Assembly: GCF_001457595.1 (NCBI RefSeq)
Contig: NZ_LN831039.1
Span: 5,580,001-5,612,000 of the forward strand
Direction of reading: 5' to 3'
DNA: 32,000 bases
Source of the DNA: Mycolicibacterium smegmatis
GTDB lineage: Bacteria > Actinomycetota > Actinomycetes > Mycobacteriales > Mycobacteriaceae
Positions 1 to 8,850 of this stretch are shown here, piece by piece (the first letter of the stretch is position 1; every line of letters starts with the position of its first letter). The translations under genes were made by a program, and so were the position numbers. Below the pieces are notes generated by a model. The model saw nothing but the letters and a program-made list of their open reading frames with translations. It made no database searches and was not told where the DNA came from.

Positions 1-597
1 GTGGTGGACAAGGGCACACCGGGATTCGAGGTGACCCGCAAGCTCGACAAGATGGGTTGGCGCTCAAGCGATACCGCCGAGCTGTCCTACACCGATGTGC
101 GGGTGCCCGTGGCGAACCTGGTGGGCAGCGAGAACACGGGGTTCGCGCAGATCGCGGCCGCGTTCGTGGCCGAACGGGTGGGCCTGGCCACGCAGGCCTA
201 CGCGGGCGCGCAGCGCTGCCTGGACCTCACCGTCGAGTGGTGCCGCAACCGGGACACGTTCGGGCGTCCACTGATCTCACGGCAGGCGGTGCAGAACACA
301 CTCGCGGGCATGGCCCGGCGCATCGACGTCGCGCGGGTGTACACGCGGCACGTGGTGGAACGACAACTCGCGGGCGAGACGAATCTGATCGCCGAGGTGT
401 GCTTCGCCAAGAACACCGCCGTGGAGGCCGGCGAGTGGGTGGCCAACCAGGCCGTCCAATTGTTCGGCGGCATGGGCTACATGGCCGAGTCCGAGGTCGA
501 GCGCCAGTACCGCGACATGCGCATCCTCGGCATCGGCGGCGGCACCACCGAGATCTTGACCAGCCTGGCCGCCAAGACGCTGGGGTTCCAGTCATGA
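1..597 (+). CDS. fadE13: Acyl-CoA dehydrogenase, C-terminal part (5' truncated by window edge)
   Basis: Translation contains acyl-CoA dehydrogenase C-terminal motifs (NRDTFGRPLISRQAVQNTLAGMARRIDVARVYTRHV, QLFGGMGYMAESEVERQYRDMRILGIGGGTTEI). Symbol inferred from operon order matching Rv0975c-Rv0971c. Confidence 0.9.
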   Translation: MVDKGTPGFEVTRKLDKMGWRSSDTAELSYTDVRVPVANLVGSENTGFAQIAAAFVAERVGLATQAYAGAQRCLDLTVEWCRNRDTFGRPLISRQAVQNTLAGMARRIDVARVYTRHVVERQLAGETNLIAEVCFAKNTAVEAGEWVANQAVQLFGGMGYMAESEVERQYRDMRILGIGGGTTEILTSLAAKTLGFQS

Positions 598-2189
598 CTG
601 CCCTGCACTCCACGATCGATGCCACCTCCCCCGGCTTCAACGAGGCCGCCGCGGTGATGACGGCCAAGCTCTCCGAACTCGATGCCGAACACGCCAAGGC
701 CCTCGGGGGCGGCGGGCCCAAGTACGTCGACCGCCATCACGCGCGCGGCAAGCTCACCGCGCGTGAGCGTGTCGAACTGCTGCTCGACCCGGACTCGCCG
801 TTCCTCGAGCTGAGCCCGCTCGCGGCGTGGGGCACCGACTTCGCCGTGGGCGCCAGCGTCGTCACCGGCATCGGCGCGGTCGAGGGCGTGGAATGCCTCA
901 TCGTCGCCAACGACCCCACCGTCAAGGGCGGCACCAGCAATCCCTGGACGCTCAAGAAGATCCTGCGCGCCAACCAGATCGCGCTGCAGAACCGGCTTCC
1001 GGTGATCTCGCTGGTGGAATCCGGCGGCGCCGATCTGCCGACGCAGAAAGAGATCTTCATCCCGGGCGGGCAGATGTTCCGCGACCTCACCCGGTTGTCG
1101 GCCGCGGGGATCCCGACCATCGCGCTGGTGTTCGGCAACTCGACGGCGGGCGGGGCGTACGTGCCCGGCATGTCCGATCACGTCGTGATGATCAGAGAAC
1201 GCTCCAAGGTGTTCCTCGCCGGGCCGCCGCTTGTCAAGATGGCCACGGGTGAGGAGTCCGACGACGAGTCGCTGGGCGGCGCCGAGATGCACGCCCGCAC
1301 CTCGGGTCTGGCCGACTACTTCGCGCTCGACGAACCCGACGCCATCCGCATCGGGCGGCGCATCGTGGCGCGGCTGAACTGGCGCAAGCAGGGCCCCGCC
1401 CCGGCCGAAGTGGTCGAACCGCGTTACAACGCAGAGGAACTCATCGGCATCGTGCCCGCCGACCTGCGCGTGCCGTTCGATCCGCGCGATGTCATCGCCC
1501 GTATCGTCGACGACTCAGATTTCGACGAGTTCAAACCGCTCTACGGTTCGTCGCTGGTCACCGGGTGGGCCCGGCTGTGGGGTTATCCCGTGGGCATCCT
1601 GGCCAACGCGCGCGGTGTGCTGTTCAGCGAGGAGTCGCAGAAGGCCACACAGTTCATCCAGCTGGCCAACCGCGCCGACACCCCACTGTTGTTCCTGCAC
1701 AACACCACCGGCTACATGGTGGGCAAGCAGTACGAAGAGGGCGGCATGGTCAAGCACGGCTCGATGATGATCAATGCGGTGTCCAACTCGACCGTGCCGC
1801 ACATCAGCCTGCTGATCGGCGCATCCTACGGCGCGGGGCACTACGGCATGTGCGGGCGCGCCTATGATCCGCGGTTCCTGTTCGCGTGGCCCAGCGCCAA
1901 GTCCGCGGTGATGGGTGGCACGCAACTCGCGGGGGTGCTGTCGATCGTGAGCCGCGCAGCGGCGGAGGCCCGCGGGCAGACGGTCGACGAGGATGCCGAC
2001 GCGGCACTGCGCGCGGCCGTCGAGGCCCAGATCGAGGCCGAGTCGCTGCCGATGTTCCTGTCCGGGCGGTTGTACGACGACGGCGTGATCGATCCGCGCG
2101 ACACCCGCACGGTGCTCGGAATGTGCCTGTCCGCGATCGCGAACGCACCCGTGGAGGGGACGTCGAACTTCGGCGTCTTCCGGATGTGA
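594..2189 (+). CDS. accD2: Acyl-CoA carboxylase carboxyltransferase (beta) subunit
   Basis: ATG at 594 overlaps the upstream TGA (ATGA). Carboxyltransferase signatures: KLTARERVELLLDPDSPFLEL, NDPTVKGGTSNPWTLKKILRANQIA, VFGNSTAGGAYVPGMSDHVVMI, GRAYDPRFLFAWPSAKSAVMGGTQLAGVLS. Confidence 0.93.
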   Translation: MTALHSTIDATSPGFNEAAAVMTAKLSELDAEHAKALGGGGPKYVDRHHARGKLTARERVELLLDPDSPFLELSPLAAWGTDFAVGASVVTGIGAVEGVECLIVANDPTVKGGTSNPWTLKKILRANQIALQNRLPVISLVESGGADLPTQKEIFIPGGQMFRDLTRLSAAGIPTIALVFGNSTAGGAYVPGMSDHVVMIRERSKVFLAGPPLVKMATGEESDDESLGGAEMHARTSGLADYFALDEPDAIRIGRRIVARLNWRKQGPAPAEVVEPRYNAEELIGIVPADLRVPFDPRDVIARIVDDSDFDEFKPLYGSSLVTGWARLWGYPVGILANARGVLFSEESQKATQFIQLANRADTPLLFLHNTTGYMVGKQYEEGGMVKHGSMMINAVSNSTVPHISLLIGASYGAGHYGMCGRAYDPRFLFAWPSAKSAVMGGTQLAGVLSIVSRAAAEARGQTVDEDADAALRAAVEAQIEAESLPMFLSGRLYDDGVIDPRDTRTVLGMCLSAIANAPVEGTSNFGVFRM

Positions 2190-2288
2190 GGTCTAGATGC
2201 ACCGATACGCCGTCGAATGTGGGCCTATGACCCATTTCTCGTCGATTTCTCGAACACAAGCCCACGTTCGGCGACGCGGAGTCCGCGC

Positions 2289-4235
2289 ATGATCACACGA
2301 GTTCTGGTGGCCAACCGGTGCGAGATCGCCCGGCGGGTGTTCGCGACCTGCCGCCGCCTGGGCATCGGCACGGTCGCGGTGTACACCGATCCCGACGCAG
2401 ATCTGCCGCACGTCGCCGAGGCCGACGCTCGCGTGCGTCTGCAGGGCCGCAACGGGTACCTCGACATCGCGCAAATCATCGCCGCGGCGCAGGCATCCGG
2501 CGCCGACGCGATCCATCCCGGCTACGGATTCCTCTCGGAGAACCCCGATTTCGCGGCCGCCGTGATCGACGCGGGGCTGACGTGGATCGGACCGCCCGTG
2601 GCCGCGGTGAGTGCCATGGGTTCCAAGATCGAGGCCAAGAAACTCATGGCGGCCGCGGGTGTGCCGGTGCTCACCGAACTCGACCCCGACACGGTGACGG
2701 CCGAACAGTTGCCGGTGCTGGTGAAGGCGTCGGCAGGTGGTGGCGGTCGCGGTATGCGGGTGGTGGGTGATCTCGCGGCGCTGCCGGACGAGGTGGCCGC
2801 GGCGCAACGAGAGGCCCAGTCGGCCTTCGGTGATCCGACCGTGTTCTGCGAGCACTACCTCGCGGCAGGTCACCACGTCGAGGTGCAGGTGCTCGCCGAC
2901 GCGCACGGCACGGTGTGGACTGTCGGCGAACGTGAATGCTCGATCCAGCGCCGCCATCAGAAGGTCATCGAGGAGGCACCGTCCCCGCTCGTCGAACGCA
3001 CACCGGGCATGCGCGCCAAGCTGTTCGACGCGGCCCGCCTGGCCGCGCAGGCCATCGGGTACACCGGGGCGGGCACGGTCGAGTTCATGGCCGACGACAA
3101 CGGCGATTTCTTCTTCCTGGAGATGAACACCCGGCTGCAGGTGGAACATCCGGTGACAGAGGCCACCACGGGACTCGACCTGGTCGAGTTGCAACTGCTC
3201 GTCGCCGACGGCGGCCGGTTGGACCCCGAGCCCCCGCCGACGCGCGGCGCGGCCATCGAGGCCCGCATCTACGCCGAGGATCCGGCCAAGGACTGGCAGC
3301 CCCAGGCAGGCACGTTGCACCGGTTCGACTTTCCCGAGAATGTGCGCACCGACACCGGTTTCGTCGACGGTTCGGTGGTGTCGGTCTTCTATGACTCGAT
3401 GCTCGCCAAGGTCATCGCACACGCCCCGACACGGCGACGCGCCGCAGCGGTTCTCGCGGATGCGTTGGCCCGTGCCCGGATCCACGGCGTCCGCACCAAT
3501 CGGGACCTGCTGGTGAACGTCCTGCGACACCCGGCGTTTCTCGACGGCGCCACCGACACCGCGTTCTTCGACACCCACGGGCTCGACGTGCTGGCCGCTC
3601 CGCTGACCACACCCGTCGCGGCCCGGGCGTCGGCGATCGCCGCCACGTTGGCCGATGCCGCCCACAACCGCAGCGCCGCAGAGGCTTTCCTGCCCGCACC
3701 CAGCGGCTGGCGCAACCTGGCCTCGGGTTATCAGCAGCGTCGCTACCACGATGCCTCTGGTGAGGAGGTCGAGGTGCGGTACCGGTTCGCGCGCGACGGC
3801 CTGCGGCTACCCGACGACGAGAACGTCGCGTTGGTCTCGGCGACGCCGGCCCGCGTGGTGCTGGGTCTCGACGGGGTCGAGTACACGTTCGACGTGGCCC
3901 GCCACGGCGACGACGTCTTCGATGTCTTCGTCGACTCACCGCTGGGCCCGGTGCGGTTCACCGCGATGCCCCGCTTCCCCGATCCCGGGGACGCCGTCGC
4001 GCACGGTTCGCTGTTGGCCCCCATGCCCGGCACCGTGGTCCGTGTCGGCGCCACGGTCGGCGCGAAGGTGTCCGCGGGCCAACCTCTGGTGTGGCTGGAG
4101 GCCATGAAGATGGAGCACACCGTGGCCGCGCCCAGCGACGGTGTGCTCACCGAACTCAATGTCGAACCCGGCCGGCAGGTCGATGTCGGCGAAGTCCTCG
4201 CCCGTGTGGAAGATCCCGAAGGAGAACAACGATGA
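2289..4235 (+). CDS. accA2: Acyl-CoA carboxylase biotin carboxylase / biotin carboxyl carrier (alpha) subunit
   Basis: MITRVLVANRCEIARRVFATCRRLGIGTVAVYTDPD start; VKASAGGGGRGMRVV ATP-grasp loop; FFLEMNTRLQVEHPVTE; C-terminal biotinylation motif WLEAMKMEHTV. Confidence 0.94.
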   Translation: MITRVLVANRCEIARRVFATCRRLGIGTVAVYTDPDADLPHVAEADARVRLQGRNGYLDIAQIIAAAQASGADAIHPGYGFLSENPDFAAAVIDAGLTWIGPPVAAVSAMGSKIEAKKLMAAAGVPVLTELDPDTVTAEQLPVLVKASAGGGGRGMRVVGDLAALPDEVAAAQREAQSAFGDPTVFCEHYLAAGHHVEVQVLADAHGTVWTVGERECSIQRRHQKVIEEAPSPLVERTPGMRAKLFDAARLAAQAIGYTGAGTVEFMADDNGDFFFLEMNTRLQVEHPVTEATTGLDLVELQLLVADGGRLDPEPPPTRGAAIEARIYAEDPAKDWQPQAGTLHRFDFPENVRTDTGFVDGSVVSVFYDSMLAKVIAHAPTRRRAAAVLADALARARIHGVRTNRDLLVNVLRHPAFLDGATDTAFFDTHGLDVLAAPLTTPVAARASAIAATLADAAHNRSAAEAFLPAPSGWRNLASGYQQRRYHDASGEEVEVRYRFARDGLRLPDDENVALVSATPARVVLGLDGVEYTFDVARHGDDVFDVFVDSPLGPVRFTAMPRFPDPGDAVAHGSLLAPMPGTVVRVGATVGAKVSAGQPLVWLEAMKMEHTVAAPSDGVLTELNVEPGRQVDVGEVLARVEDPEGEQR

Positions 4236-5392
4236 GCGGTTTCGTCGAGACCGAGGAACAGCAGGCGCTGCGCCGCGCTGTCGCGGCCATGGCGGCCAAC
4301 TACGGGCAGGACTATTACCTGGAGAAGGCCCGCGCCGGCCAACACACCACCGAATTGTGGAACGAGGCGGGCAAACTCGGCTTCATCGGGGTGAACCTGC
4401 CCGAGGAGTACGGCGGCGGCGGGGCAGGCATGTACGAACTCAGCCTGGTCATGGAAGAGATGGCCGCCACCGGGTGCGCCCTGCTGATGATGGTGGTCTC
4501 CCCCGCGATCAACGGCACCATCATCTCCAAGTTCGGCACCGAGGAGCAGAAGAGGCGCTGGCTTCCCGGCATCGCCGACGGGTCGATCACCATGGCATTC
4601 GCCATCACCGAACCCGACGCCGGATCCAACAGCCACCGCATCACCACCACGGCCCGCCGCGACGGTAGCGACTGGATCCTCAAGGGTCAGAAGGTGTTCA
4701 TCTCCGGCATCGACCAGGCGCAGGCCGTGCTGGTGGTGGGCCGCACGGAAGATCACAAGACCGGCAATCTGAAGCCCGCACTGTTCGTGATCCCCACCGA
4801 CACCCCGGGACTGCACTGGACGAAGATCGAGATGGAGTTGATCAGCCCGGAGAGCCAGTTCCAGGTGTTCCTCGACGATGTGCGGGTACCCGCCGATGCG
4901 CTGGTGGGTTCCGAGGACGCCGCGCTCGCGCAACTGTTCGCCGGCCTCAATCCCGAGCGCATCATGGGTGCGGCCAGTGCGGTGGGCATGGGCCGGTTCG
5001 CGATCCACAAGGCCGTCGATTACGTCAAGACCCGCCAGGTCTGGAAGGTGCCGATCGGCTCGCACCAGGGTCTGTCACATCCGCTGGCGCAGAACCACAT
5101 CGAGATCGAACTCGCCAAGCTGATGATGCAGAAGGCCGCGGCACTGTACGACGCGGGTGACGATCTCGGGGCCGCCGAGGCCGCCAACATGGCCAAGTAC
5201 GCCGCAGGCGAGGCCTCGGTCCGTGCGGTCGACCAGGCCGTGCAGTCCCTGGGCGGCAACGGTTTGACCAAGGAGTACGGCATCGCCGCGGCGGTCACGG
5301 CATCGAAGTTGGCGCGCATCGCACCGGTCAGTCGCGAGATGATCCTCAACTTCGTCGCGCAGACCTCACTCGGACTCCCGCGCTCATACTGA
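4232..5392 (+). CDS. fadE12: Acyl-CoA dehydrogenase
   Basis: ATG at 4232 overlaps the accA2 stop. Motifs: GFIGVNLPEEYGGGG, MAFAITEPDAGSNSHRI, WILKGQKVFISGIDQAQ, QSLGGNGLTKEYG. Confidence 0.92.
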   Translation: MSGFVETEEQQALRRAVAAMAANYGQDYYLEKARAGQHTTELWNEAGKLGFIGVNLPEEYGGGGAGMYELSLVMEEMAATGCALLMMVVSPAINGTIISKFGTEEQKRRWLPGIADGSITMAFAITEPDAGSNSHRITTTARRDGSDWILKGQKVFISGIDQAQAVLVVGRTEDHKTGNLKPALFVIPTDTPGLHWTKIEMELISPESQFQVFLDDVRVPADALVGSEDAALAQLFAGLNPERIMGAASAVGMGRFAIHKAVDYVKTRQVWKVPIGSHQGLSHPLAQNHIEIELAKLMMQKAAALYDAGDDLGAAEAANMAKYAAGEASVRAVDQAVQSLGGNGLTKEYGIAAAVTASKLARIAPVSREMILNFVAQTSLGLPRSY

Positions 5393-6159
5393 TGGACACT
5401 CTCGTACGCTACGAGGTCGACGGCGCCGTCGCACGGTTGACGCTCGACTCTCCGCACAACCGCAACGCGCTCTCGACGGCGCTGGTCGAACAACTGCACG
5501 AGGGTTTCGCCCGCGCCGCGGGGCAATCCGGCGTCCGCGTGGTGGTCCTGGGGCACACCGGCGGAACATTCTGCGCGGGAGCCGATCTCAGTGAGGCAGC
5601 CGGACGCGACCCTGCGGATATCGCCGTCGACCGGGCGCGCGAGATGACCACGCTGCTGCGCGCGATCCTGGAGTTGCGCCTACCCGTGATCGGGGCTATC
5701 GACGGTCATGTGCGAGCCGGCGGTCTGGGACTGGTGGGGGCGTGCGACGTGGTGGTGGCCGGGCCCGGCAGTACGTTCGCGTTGACCGAGGCACGGATCG
5801 GGGTTGCGCCGTCGATCATCTCGCTCACGCTGCTGTCCAAGATGACACCCCGCTCGGCGGGCCGCTACTTCCTCACCGGTGAGCGATTCGGCGCCGAGGA
5901 GGCCGCCGCGGTCGGCCTGGTCACGGTCGCCGCCGACGACGTCGACACGGCCGTGGCGGCACTGGCGGGTGAGATAGCCAGAGGGTCACCACAGGGCCTC
6001 GCAACGTCGAAAGCCCTGACCACCGCGGCGATCCTGCGCGATTTCGACGAGCACGCCGAGGAACTCACCCAGCAGTCCGCACGCCTGTTCGTCTCCGATG
6101 AGGCCCGCGAGGGGATGCTGGCGTTTCTACAGAAGCGGCCGCCGAACTGGGCGGATTAG
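5392..6159 (+). CDS. echA7: Enoyl-CoA hydratase/isomerase family protein
   Basis: Starts on the last base of the upstream TGA (TGATG). Crotonase motifs: DSPHNRNALSTALVEQL, GGTFCAGADLSE, GHVRAGGLGLVGACDVVVAG. Confidence 0.9.
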   Translation: MDTLVRYEVDGAVARLTLDSPHNRNALSTALVEQLHEGFARAAGQSGVRVVVLGHTGGTFCAGADLSEAAGRDPADIAVDRAREMTTLLRAILELRLPVIGAIDGHVRAGGLGLVGACDVVVAGPGSTFALTEARIGVAPSIISLTLLSKMTPRSAGRYFLTGERFGAEEAAAVGLVTVAADDVDTAVAALAGEIARGSPQGLATSKALTTAAILRDFDEHAEELTQQSARLFVSDEAREGMLAFLQKRPPNWAD

Positions 6160-6213
6160 GTACGCAGTCCGGGATTGTTTGACTTCCCGCCGTGCGTGGG
6201 AACGCAGGTTCTG

Positions 6214-7452
6214 ATGTCTGAGACGATCAAGCTCGAATCTGCAACGAATTTCGCCGTCACCGCCGCATGGGTCGCGGGTGCCGTAGCACTTGCCTATGGC
6301 ACCGGCCTCGGGTTGAACTGGCTGGTGCAACGCGTGGGTGGACGCAGCGCGGTGTTGCGCGACGCCGCGCAACTGACACGCAGGCCGGTGCGCGCGACGC
6401 TGATGGTGATCGCCGCCACGGTCGCCGTGCAACGGACCTCCGATGAGCAGGCGAGTTGGCGCGGCTGGCTGGATCACTCGCTGGTGATCGCTCTGATCGC
6501 CACGATCACGTGGTTGATCGCGGCGCTCGTCATGGTGGCCGAACGACAGGCGTTGACGCGATTCGCCGGCGGGGACACCGGGCTCACCGATGCAGACCTG
6601 CACCGACGCAAGGTCCGCACACAGGTCACCCTGGTCCGCCGCCTGGTGGTCGCCGTGGTGGCCGTGCTGGGTGTCGCGGCGGCGCTGATGACGTTCCCGT
6701 CGTTCAGCGATATCGGCAAGACGGTGTTCGCGTCGGCCGGCGTGTTGTCGGTGGTCGCGGGCCTGGCCGCACAGACGTCGTTGGGAGCGGTGTTCGCCGG
6801 TATCCAGATCGCGTTCTCCGACGCGATCCGCGTGGGCGACGTGGTGGTCCTGGAGGACGAGTGGGGCCGCATCGAGGAGATCACGCTCACCTACGTCGTC
6901 GTCCATCTGTGGGATGAGCGCCGCCTTGTGTTGCCGTGCACGTATTTCACCACCACGCCGTTCCAGAACTGGACGCGCAACGCGACCGAACTGTTGGGCA
7001 CCGTCGAACTCGACGCCGACTTCACGGTGCCGCTCGATGCCATGCGCGCCGAACTGGACCGGTTGTTGCGCGCTGACCCGCTGTGGGATCAGCGCGTCGG
7101 AGTGCTCCAGGTGACCGATGCCGTCGGCGGGCAGGTGCGGGTACGGGTACTCGTCAGCGCGCCGAACGCCGGGGCGTTGTGGGATCTGCAGTGCAACGTG
7201 CGCGAGGGTCTGGTCGAGTGGTTGCAGCGCACCAATCCCGGTGCGCTGCCGCGACAGCGCATCGAACACGAAAGCGCCCGTGACACACGGATCTCGGACA
7301 CGGCCGCCGGCGGGTACGCCCAGGCCGACTCCGGTCTGTTCACCGGCAACCCGGAGGCGGAGCGACGGGGGCGGTCGTTCGACCATGCCGACGGCGATGA
7401 CGCAAAGAAGACCGAGCCGGTGCCTGTCGCCGCTGGTCAGACGCAGTGTTGA
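6214..7452 (+). CDS. Mechanosensitive ion channel family protein (MscS-like)
   Basis: Several N-terminal TM segments followed by the MscS core GVLSVVAGLAAQTSLGAVFAGIQIAFSDAIRVGDVVVLEDEWGRIEEITLTYVVVHLWDERRLVLPCTYFTTTPFQNWTR. Confidence 0.9.
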   Translation: MSETIKLESATNFAVTAAWVAGAVALAYGTGLGLNWLVQRVGGRSAVLRDAAQLTRRPVRATLMVIAATVAVQRTSDEQASWRGWLDHSLVIALIATITWLIAALVMVAERQALTRFAGGDTGLTDADLHRRKVRTQVTLVRRLVVAVVAVLGVAAALMTFPSFSDIGKTVFASAGVLSVVAGLAAQTSLGAVFAGIQIAFSDAIRVGDVVVLEDEWGRIEEITLTYVVVHLWDERRLVLPCTYFTTTPFQNWTRNATELLGTVELDADFTVPLDAMRAELDRLLRADPLWDQRVGVLQVTDAVGGQVRVRVLVSAPNAGALWDLQCNVREGLVEWLQRTNPGALPRQRIEHESARDTRISDTAAGGYAQADSGLFTGNPEAERRGRSFDHADGDDAKKTEPVPVAAGQTQC

Positions 7453-7633
7453 CAACGCCGGCGAGATCATGGGCCGCCCTGCCACGGGCAGGCACGCCCG
7501 CGTCATGATCACGATCCCCGATCGCCACGCCGACGGCAAGATCGCCGAGAGCTGGGCCATCTGGGACACACTCGGGATGTTGCAGCAGCTCGGGCTGGTC
7601 CCGTCGTCGTCAGGCGCCCAGCAGCCGGCCTGA
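7445..7633 (+). pseudogene. C-terminal remnant of a SnoaL-like ester cyclase
   Basis: Frame reads SVDNAGEIMGRPATGRHARVMITIPDRHADGKIAESWAIWDTLGMLQQLGLVPSSSGAQQPA*, matching only the C-terminal third of SnoaL-like cyclases (GEFMGIPPTGR...DGKIVEHW...LGLLQQLG). Upstream, this frame lies under the MscS gene. Confidence 0.55.
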
Positions 7634-7637
7634 TCGC

Positions 7638-8000
7638 TCAGGGCGTCGGGGGCAGTCCGCAGCGGTTGCGAAAATCGGCCGCGGGTTGGCGGATGCGCTG
7701 AAGATCATCGCGCACAGCTGGATTCGCGTCCAGGTATCCGCGCACATTCTCCGCGATCTGATCTTTGGGTTGCCCCTTGAGGCTGGTGAAGAAGTCGTTC
7801 ACATCGGGATGCTCGGTGAGATAGTTCGACGTGTCGAACGTGACACCGGACATCACCCGCGCCATTTCCGCTGCCGTGCACGGCGGCGGGACGGGGGGCG
7901 GCTGCGCAACGGCAGCCCCTGTGAATCCGAACAGCATGAGGCCGGCAAATCCGACTGCTCCCGTTGCCGTGCAGGCGATGTGGCGAATCTTCGAAGGCAT
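7638..8000 (-). CDS. Secreted hemophore-related (heme-binding, Rv0203-like) protein
   Basis: Signal peptide MPSKIRHIACTATGAVGFAGLMLFGFTGAAVAQ, then CTAAEMARVMSGVTFDTSNYLTEHPDVNDFFTSLKGQP...YLDANPAVRDDLQRIRQPAADFRNRC, typical of mycobacterial hemophore-related proteins. ATG at 8000 preferred over the 8057 upstream start. Confidence 0.72.
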   Translation of the reverse strand: MPSKIRHIACTATGAVGFAGLMLFGFTGAAVAQPPPVPPPCTAAEMARVMSGVTFDTSNYLTEHPDVNDFFTSLKGQPKDQIAENVRGYLDANPAVRDDLQRIRQPAADFRNRCGLPPTP

Positions 8001-8053
8001 GATGACTCCTTGGCTGAAGGGTGATGTTCGGTGAGTACTGGTCAACGGACCGG

Positions 8054-8368
8054 TCAACGGGGGCCTATGCCTCCTCCCCCTCCTGGCCGGTTCGGCCGGT
8101 TCGGACGGTCAGGACGACCTGGGTCCCAACCGATGTCGAGATCCACGTCGGTGCCGCAGTACCAGTCGTATTCGCATGGATACGGCACCACAGGAGTCGC
8201 CGCCCGTGGCACGCCGTCGGTTCCGCGCACCTCGCCCTGTGCGCAGACGGTGGCGTACCCGGACGACGTGCAGTCGGCGCGCGCGGGAGGCGGGTCGACG
8301 ACGACGGTGCCGAACGGCGCCAACGCCAAGGCAAAGCCTGTGATCAGGTAGCGCTGTGTTGATCGCAC
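8054..8368 (-). CDS. Small secreted Cys-containing, Pro/Gly-rich protein of unknown function
   Basis: 104 aa with signal peptide MRSTQRYLITGFALALAPFGTVVVDPPPARA followed by DCTSSGYATVCAQGEVRG... and a P/G/R-rich tail. Confidence 0.6.
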   Translation of the reverse strand: MRSTQRYLITGFALALAPFGTVVVDPPPARADCTSSGYATVCAQGEVRGTDGVPRAATPVVPYPCEYDWYCGTDVDLDIGWDPGRPDRPNRPNRPGGGGGIGPR

Positions 8369-8594
8369 GGCCCCACCACCTCCTCGGATCGGTGGGATCC
8401 CATGACCCCTATGTGGCGGAGTGTAAGCACGCGGATCAGCGCAGGATCACGTTATTGACGTTTTCGAATATTCTGTGGTTACGCGTCGCGGTGCCGTGCG
8501 CCCGGCAACAGGGGCCCGGGTTCGCCACCGGCGGGTCGCCCGGACCCGTGGGCAACACTCGGCGCATTTGCCCCCACGGCGCGCCCAGCAAACG

Positions 8595-8616
8595 AAATGG
8601 TACCGGAGTACCATTT
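8595..8616. promoter_or_regulatory. Perfect 9-bp inverted repeat (AAATGGTAC-CGGA-GTACCATTT), candidate operator
   Basis: Direct reading; lies in the 482-bp divergent intergenic region between 8368(-) and 8851(+). Confidence 0.5.
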
Positions 8617-8788
8617 GATCTTGATGCTTACATAAGTTTGCTGATGCTGCGTTTTCGAGCGCAAATGCCAGCAATTTCATTGCGAGGACTTTTGGCCGAA
8701 CTTGTCCCACGCGACGTGCTCAGAACCGTCGTCGACCTGCGCATTGACGCCGGGGGCATTTTCGGTTGCAAATTTGAGATTCAGCCGA

Positions 8789-8850
8789 AATCGGGTTGCT
8801 ACAGTGTGCGCGAACTATTTCCCGATTCACACACAAAGGCGGAGCGCTTC
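8789..8850 (+). promoter_or_regulatory. Conserved leader upstream of secreted paralog 1 (inverted repeat, TTGCTACAGTGT, AAGGCGGAG Shine-Dalgarno)
   Basis: AATCGGG (8789-8795) / CCCGATT (8821-8827) flank TTGCTACAGTGT; followed by CACACACAAAGGCGGAGCGCTTC-ATG. Same layout as 11634-11695. Confidence 0.7.

Noticed and set aside
2193-5065. Long minus-strand ORFs (2193-3749, 3743-5065) opposite accA2/fadE12
   Set aside because: His/Arg/Gly-rich antisense translations with no domain motifs; mirror frames of genuine codon-biased genes.
8356-8850. N-terminal extension of the 8851 ORF (ORF track starts at 8356)
   Set aside because: The translation before MTKPTPHRLQ is not protein-like; a strong SD, a signal peptide and conservation with paralog 2 place the start at 8851.
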